Assembly: GCA_905178155.1 (NCBI GenBank)
Contig: CAJINV010000010.1
Coordinates: forward strand, 1,926,636-1,990,635
Length of the DNA: 64,000 bases
Reading direction: 5' to 3'
Origin: Amoebophrya sp. A120
Taxonomy: Eukaryota; Protista; Dinoflagellata
Part shown: one piece after another, positions 60,201 to 64,000 of the stretch
Layout of the letters: each line of letters opens with the position of its first letter
Position numbering within the stretch: position 1 is the first letter of the stretch
The notes under the pieces: generated by a model
What the model was told of the DNA's origin: nothing
The model's input: the letters and a program-made list of their open reading frames with translations, nothing else
Database searches by the model: none
Position numbers and translations under genes: made by a program

Positions 60201-62483
60201 CATGGACGCAGTGCTGGCAGAGGCAGTTGTTGTAGTACTTCTAGACGCTGAGGATGAAGAAGCAGAAGAAGAGCCTCCAGCTCCAACTTCTTCTCCTCCT
60301 CTACCAACAGAGTCACTGCTCGAAGCGAATCCTCCGCAGAGTCTTCCGTGCATTTCCAGGTCGTTGTAAACCCTTTCTTGGCAATCGGCTAGCCGCCACG
60401 AGATCCCGTGAATCTGGAAAATCGGAAAGGAGTTTCGCTCTGTATTATCCGCAAGAAATTCTTGCTCCACCACGCCCTGGAAGCTGACCCGCTTCTTCTC
60501 TCGGGCGGAAAAAGACACGTGTTTGATGGGCGTCAGGGTGACGGTGTAAGAGAAATTGCGTTCCGAGGATGTTGACTTCTCGTGGTGATCCACACCAGCT
60601 TCAGACGAATTCTTCGAGGTTTTGTTGATCTGCGCTCCAACCAAAACCTCCTGCACGTCTTGCAACGGACTGCGGAAGCGGATTTTCGGGTGATGAACCT
60701 GTCCCTGGTGTTCTTCCTGCTGGGAAGTGAGGGAAGTTTCCTGGGACGAAGATTGGGTAGTTTGCCCTTTGCTGTTCCGCAACACAACTTCCCGCGCGAC
60801 GAGGCTCAAGTCAGACAATTCGACCGACGCATTCAGGTGGTTGAACAGCGCGACTTCCACCGTGAACTGCGCGGAGTCGCAGCCGATCGTGCGGATCTGC
60901 TGGACTTCCAAATCCGGCACAGCCGCTGAGAGCAACGCAGCACTCGAAGAGGAGCTTCTCGTGGCAGTTTTGTAGACCCCACAGCGGTGGCCCAGTTCGC
61001 GAAGGTCTTGGAGGGAGAGAGGTTTCGTGTGGGAAGGCTTTGATATTCGTTTGTAGAGATTCTTGGCGCGGCTCGAAAAAGATAAAGCGTCTGTAGTTCC
61101 GGCAGTAGAGGAGCTGCCCCGACGAGGACGAGCACGTAATGGCGACGAGGAATCTCTGGTAGTATCTTCGAGTAGAAACTCGTCACCCGGAAGCTCCTCA
61201 TTCAAACTGGAGCTGCTGCTACTCTCGCCGAAATTACCTACAACTTCATCCATTTGAAGATGTTCTTTTCCATGGGATCCTTGGGGTGGTGGACTTTTGG
61301 TATTCATCTTCCTGCCACCACCCGCACTGCCGCTGCTGGCCGATAGTTGCCGCAGCCCCACGCCACCCGCTACAGATGAAGCCGCGCCTCCTAACAAAGG
61401 TGAGGGGGGCGGAGAAGTCGAGGAGTTTTGGATGGTGCCGCTCGTTCGCGAAGCCAGTCTCTTGGTTGATCGAATCAAGTCGTCCTCGATGATGTTGCAG
61501 GCTGCGCCCTTCACTCCGGAGGGGTTGATGGAGATATTAGCTTCATCACCTACTTGCAGATGGTCGTCTGGATTTATCACATCATCATGACGGCCATCTT
61601 CTTCGTTGCTATTGCTAGTAGCACGAGGATTTTTGTCTCCACCTTTTCGTTCATGCTGCTGCTCCGCCTGCAGGAGTTCTTCGTCTTCTTCTACGTCCTG
61701 CGTTCCTACTGTCTCGTCCAAATTTTCCTCCTCGTCCCCCCGGCTGGACAACCGTGGCAAGCGCACTTGTCCTTCAGCACCGCGTGCTGACTGGGAAGCT
61801 GGATCAAATGCAAAAATGTCTGGGTCTGGAAGATTGCCAGGTTTGTCATGCAGGTTTTCTATGGCTCATAAGGTCTGGAATGCAGCGCCTAGCATGACAA
61901 ACTCTGTGAGATCTCTAGCATGCCGATCCTGCATGAGAAATTGCCTCTCAACTTGGTAAAAAGCGACGGCTGTTGGTAATCACGCAACACAGATTTCTTG
62001 CATGCTTCAGATTTAGCATGACAAGTTCCATCCTCCCAGACCCAGACATTTTTACATTTGATAAGCTGGATCGCCAACCCGAAGTCGCTCTATTACATTG
62101 AAAAATACCCCCACCCCCAAACTTGAAAGCATTTGTATTGCAAACCTTTCCAAATGAAACATTCGCCCTCTTGCATGTCTCAGCATCGCAGATTTCCGAT
62201 CGTGAATAGCAAAAATTTGTATTGCAAAAGATCCCTCCAGCAAGAGCGGTGCTTGTCATGCAAGCGATGCGAAACACGACTAGACTCTGCATCAGAAAGA
62301 TTCATACTCCTTTCATGCATGACAAAAAGTTTTCATTTGGAAACTTCGCATCACAAATTTTTGCAACTTTGCGGGTGGGGGGCACTTTGCACTGTAATAC
62401 GCTCAGCTTCAACACCGCGTTCGTCCAGATTTTCCTCGTCCCCACGACTGGACAACCGTGGCAAGCTGTATGAGAGCGTCTGA
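52436..62483 (-). CDS. TRAPPC8/Trs85-like protein, C-terminal part; 5' exons probably beyond the window
   Basis: VEVALFNHLNASVELSDLSL, PTVLVELEDFPSSLIAGE and FEYIG..LYPG..AHFTKPGRFDLN resemble TRAPPC8 Ig-like repeats (recognised from memory); split by a ~5.6-kb intron. Confidence 0.6.
53926..56567. repeat. (GCACAC)n hexamer array, about 440 apparently perfect copies
   Basis: Read directly. Confidence 0.98.
56568..57320. repeat. ~50-70-bp higher-order satellite derived from the hexamer (core GCGCACAGCTGTGAGGTTGCACTC)
   Basis: About a dozen variable units. Confidence 0.9.
57377..58835. repeat. ~60-bp hairpin satellite, over 20 copies
   Basis: GGTCGAGGACGTG-TGTCACCGCCCCGCCCAC-CTCGAA-GTGGGCGGGGCGGTGACA-GCGAGGTCT. 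Confidence 0.95.
61802..62063. mobile_element. Introner family B (left end GAT)
   Basis: TSD agctg/agctg. Confidence 0.9.
62091..62399. mobile_element. Introner family E-like
   Basis: TATTACATTG..CCCCCACCC...GGGTGGGGG..CACTGTAATA; TSD cgctc/cgctc. Confidence 0.9.
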
Positions 62484-62539
62484 GCGATTATTTGTTTTGC
62501 AATTCAAAAAATCGCCTCAATAAGATTAGGGCATCTGGC

Positions 62540-63720
62540 AACCGCCACGGTGGGTATGATCGTTTTCGCGGTCGCCGTTTCGGAGTGGAAAAGCTGCCGG
62601 CTCCGGTGCCGGTCTCGGGTGAGTTGTGCAGTGAGATAAATAGGAAGCCTCCAACTTGAGCTAGCTAATTGAGGCACTTTGGTACGTTTTTGCTATAGAT
62701 ACTGCCGGCGTCAGCCTATGTATTTAGATTAGACCAGGCGACGACCCTCCAAGGAGCGGTGATCTGAGTCAGAGTGAAGCAATCACATCAAGCCACCACT
62801 GTAAGATCTCTCCCACACGCCACTTCCGCATGGGAAGCCAGCTGGCTCTGACGGCTGTCTCGCGTAAGTTATGGAGGCAAACATGTAGGGCGATCCCAGC
62901 TTGAGCTCGCTAATTTGCGTATTTTGGCATGGCCGTTCGTAATCAAGCTACTGGCGGCGTCAGCCTATAAATTTGGACTAGACCACTAGGCGAAGACCCA
63001 CCAAAGCCCGGCAACTTGGCGGCGCGGAGCCCAATGAGGAAGGGGGAGGTGGAGGCGGGATGGTATGGTGGATTTTTGAAGAGGTCTTTATTGACCTCTT
63101 TTTTGCGTATCAAATACCTCTACTTGAATCGCGGCTTGCAAAATCCCTGGTAATTGCCTTCCCCCCATCTGTATGCAATCACAAAACGCACGAAAGAGAG
63201 GCCCTCCCCTATAATCTTCGGCTGATGCCCGTTGGTATCGCGCGGGGCCCCGCGACGTTTTGACCACCATCTCACCTGGTCACCCACAGAAACAACCTGC
63301 GGCAGGCAGCTGGAGCCGGTTGCTTTGGCTCTATTTGTCAGTCATGCGGTTAGATCTATTTCAATTAACCAGCTCAAGCTGGAATCTCCCCTATTTGATA
63401 GCGATACCCCAAACGCCCGACACCAAGCAGCCGGCCAATCAGGTTTTGACATAACCATCGAGACGGCGGCGATAAAGGACGCAACTAGAAAGTAGCCTTC
63501 GCGACGTTTTGGTCACCGTCTTCCCTGGTTACCTACGGAAACAATCTGCAGACGGCAGCGGAAACCGGTAGCCTTGCTCTATTTGTCATGCATAAATTGG
63601 CTCTCTTTCAGTTAGCTAGCTCAAGTTGGAACCTCCCATATTTCACAACGATACCCGAAAAACCCGACACCAAATAGCCGAGTCATCAGGTTTCGACATC
63701 ACCATCGTGGCGGCGGCGAT
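62540..63720. repeat. Diverged ~1.2-kb inverted structure built from ~245-bp units (two forward, two reverse)
   Basis: Core CCAACTTGAGCTAGCTAA near 62651 and 62896, its reverse complement near 63365 and 63612. Confidence 0.65.
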
Positions 63721-64000
63721 AAAAGAAACAAAATGCAATAAGTTTATGAAGGTCGCGCCCGGAGGGCGATATTGGTAACCAAATGCGTGCGCGAAAACCT
63801 AACCAGCGCGAAAGCCTAACCAGCCGCGCGGCGAAAGCGCGACCCTGCGGGCCGCGCTTTGGCGCTATTTATTTTTGATTACAGTCCCACTCCTTCTTCT
63901 TCAAGTCCCCTCCATGAGAAACTGGCCCCCTGGCCGGGAAGGTATCTGGGTCATCGGGGGCTTCCGGATTCGCATTCAAAGCTTATCGCAGGAGCCTGCG

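Noticed and set aside
7133-61830. Recurring peptides in the ORF track (KMSGSGR, QKYRTR, LPDPDIF, CITNF) as a protein repeat family
   Set aside because: They are translations of introner TIRs and boxes.

Overview
Eukaryotic genomic DNA. The style (one-strand gene cluster, non-canonical inverted-repeat introns) points to a syndinian dinoflagellate such as Amoebophrya; this is inference. About 11 genes lie on the minus strand: acetyl-CoA carboxylase (5' part), a membrane protein, a cyclophilin, a RING protein, a nucleotide-sugar transporter, a DYRK-family kinase, a TRAPPC8/Trs85-like protein and several unknowns. The dominant feature is about 56 short (120-340 bp) non-GT-AG introner elements in at least 12 TIR families. 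They share one grammar: TAT...ATA termini, a 5-bp target-site duplication (TSD), and repeated internal GCAT[G/T/C]ACA[A/G] boxes. Removing the element plus one TSD copy restores the reading frame wherever I checked. Also present are two ~640-bp TAA/TTA-TSD MITEs (one nested inside an introner), a 5.3-kb inverted-repeat-bounded satellite element inside the TRAPPC8-like gene, and apparent intermediates between introners and canonical introns. Coordinates and counts were done by hand and may be off by a few bases.
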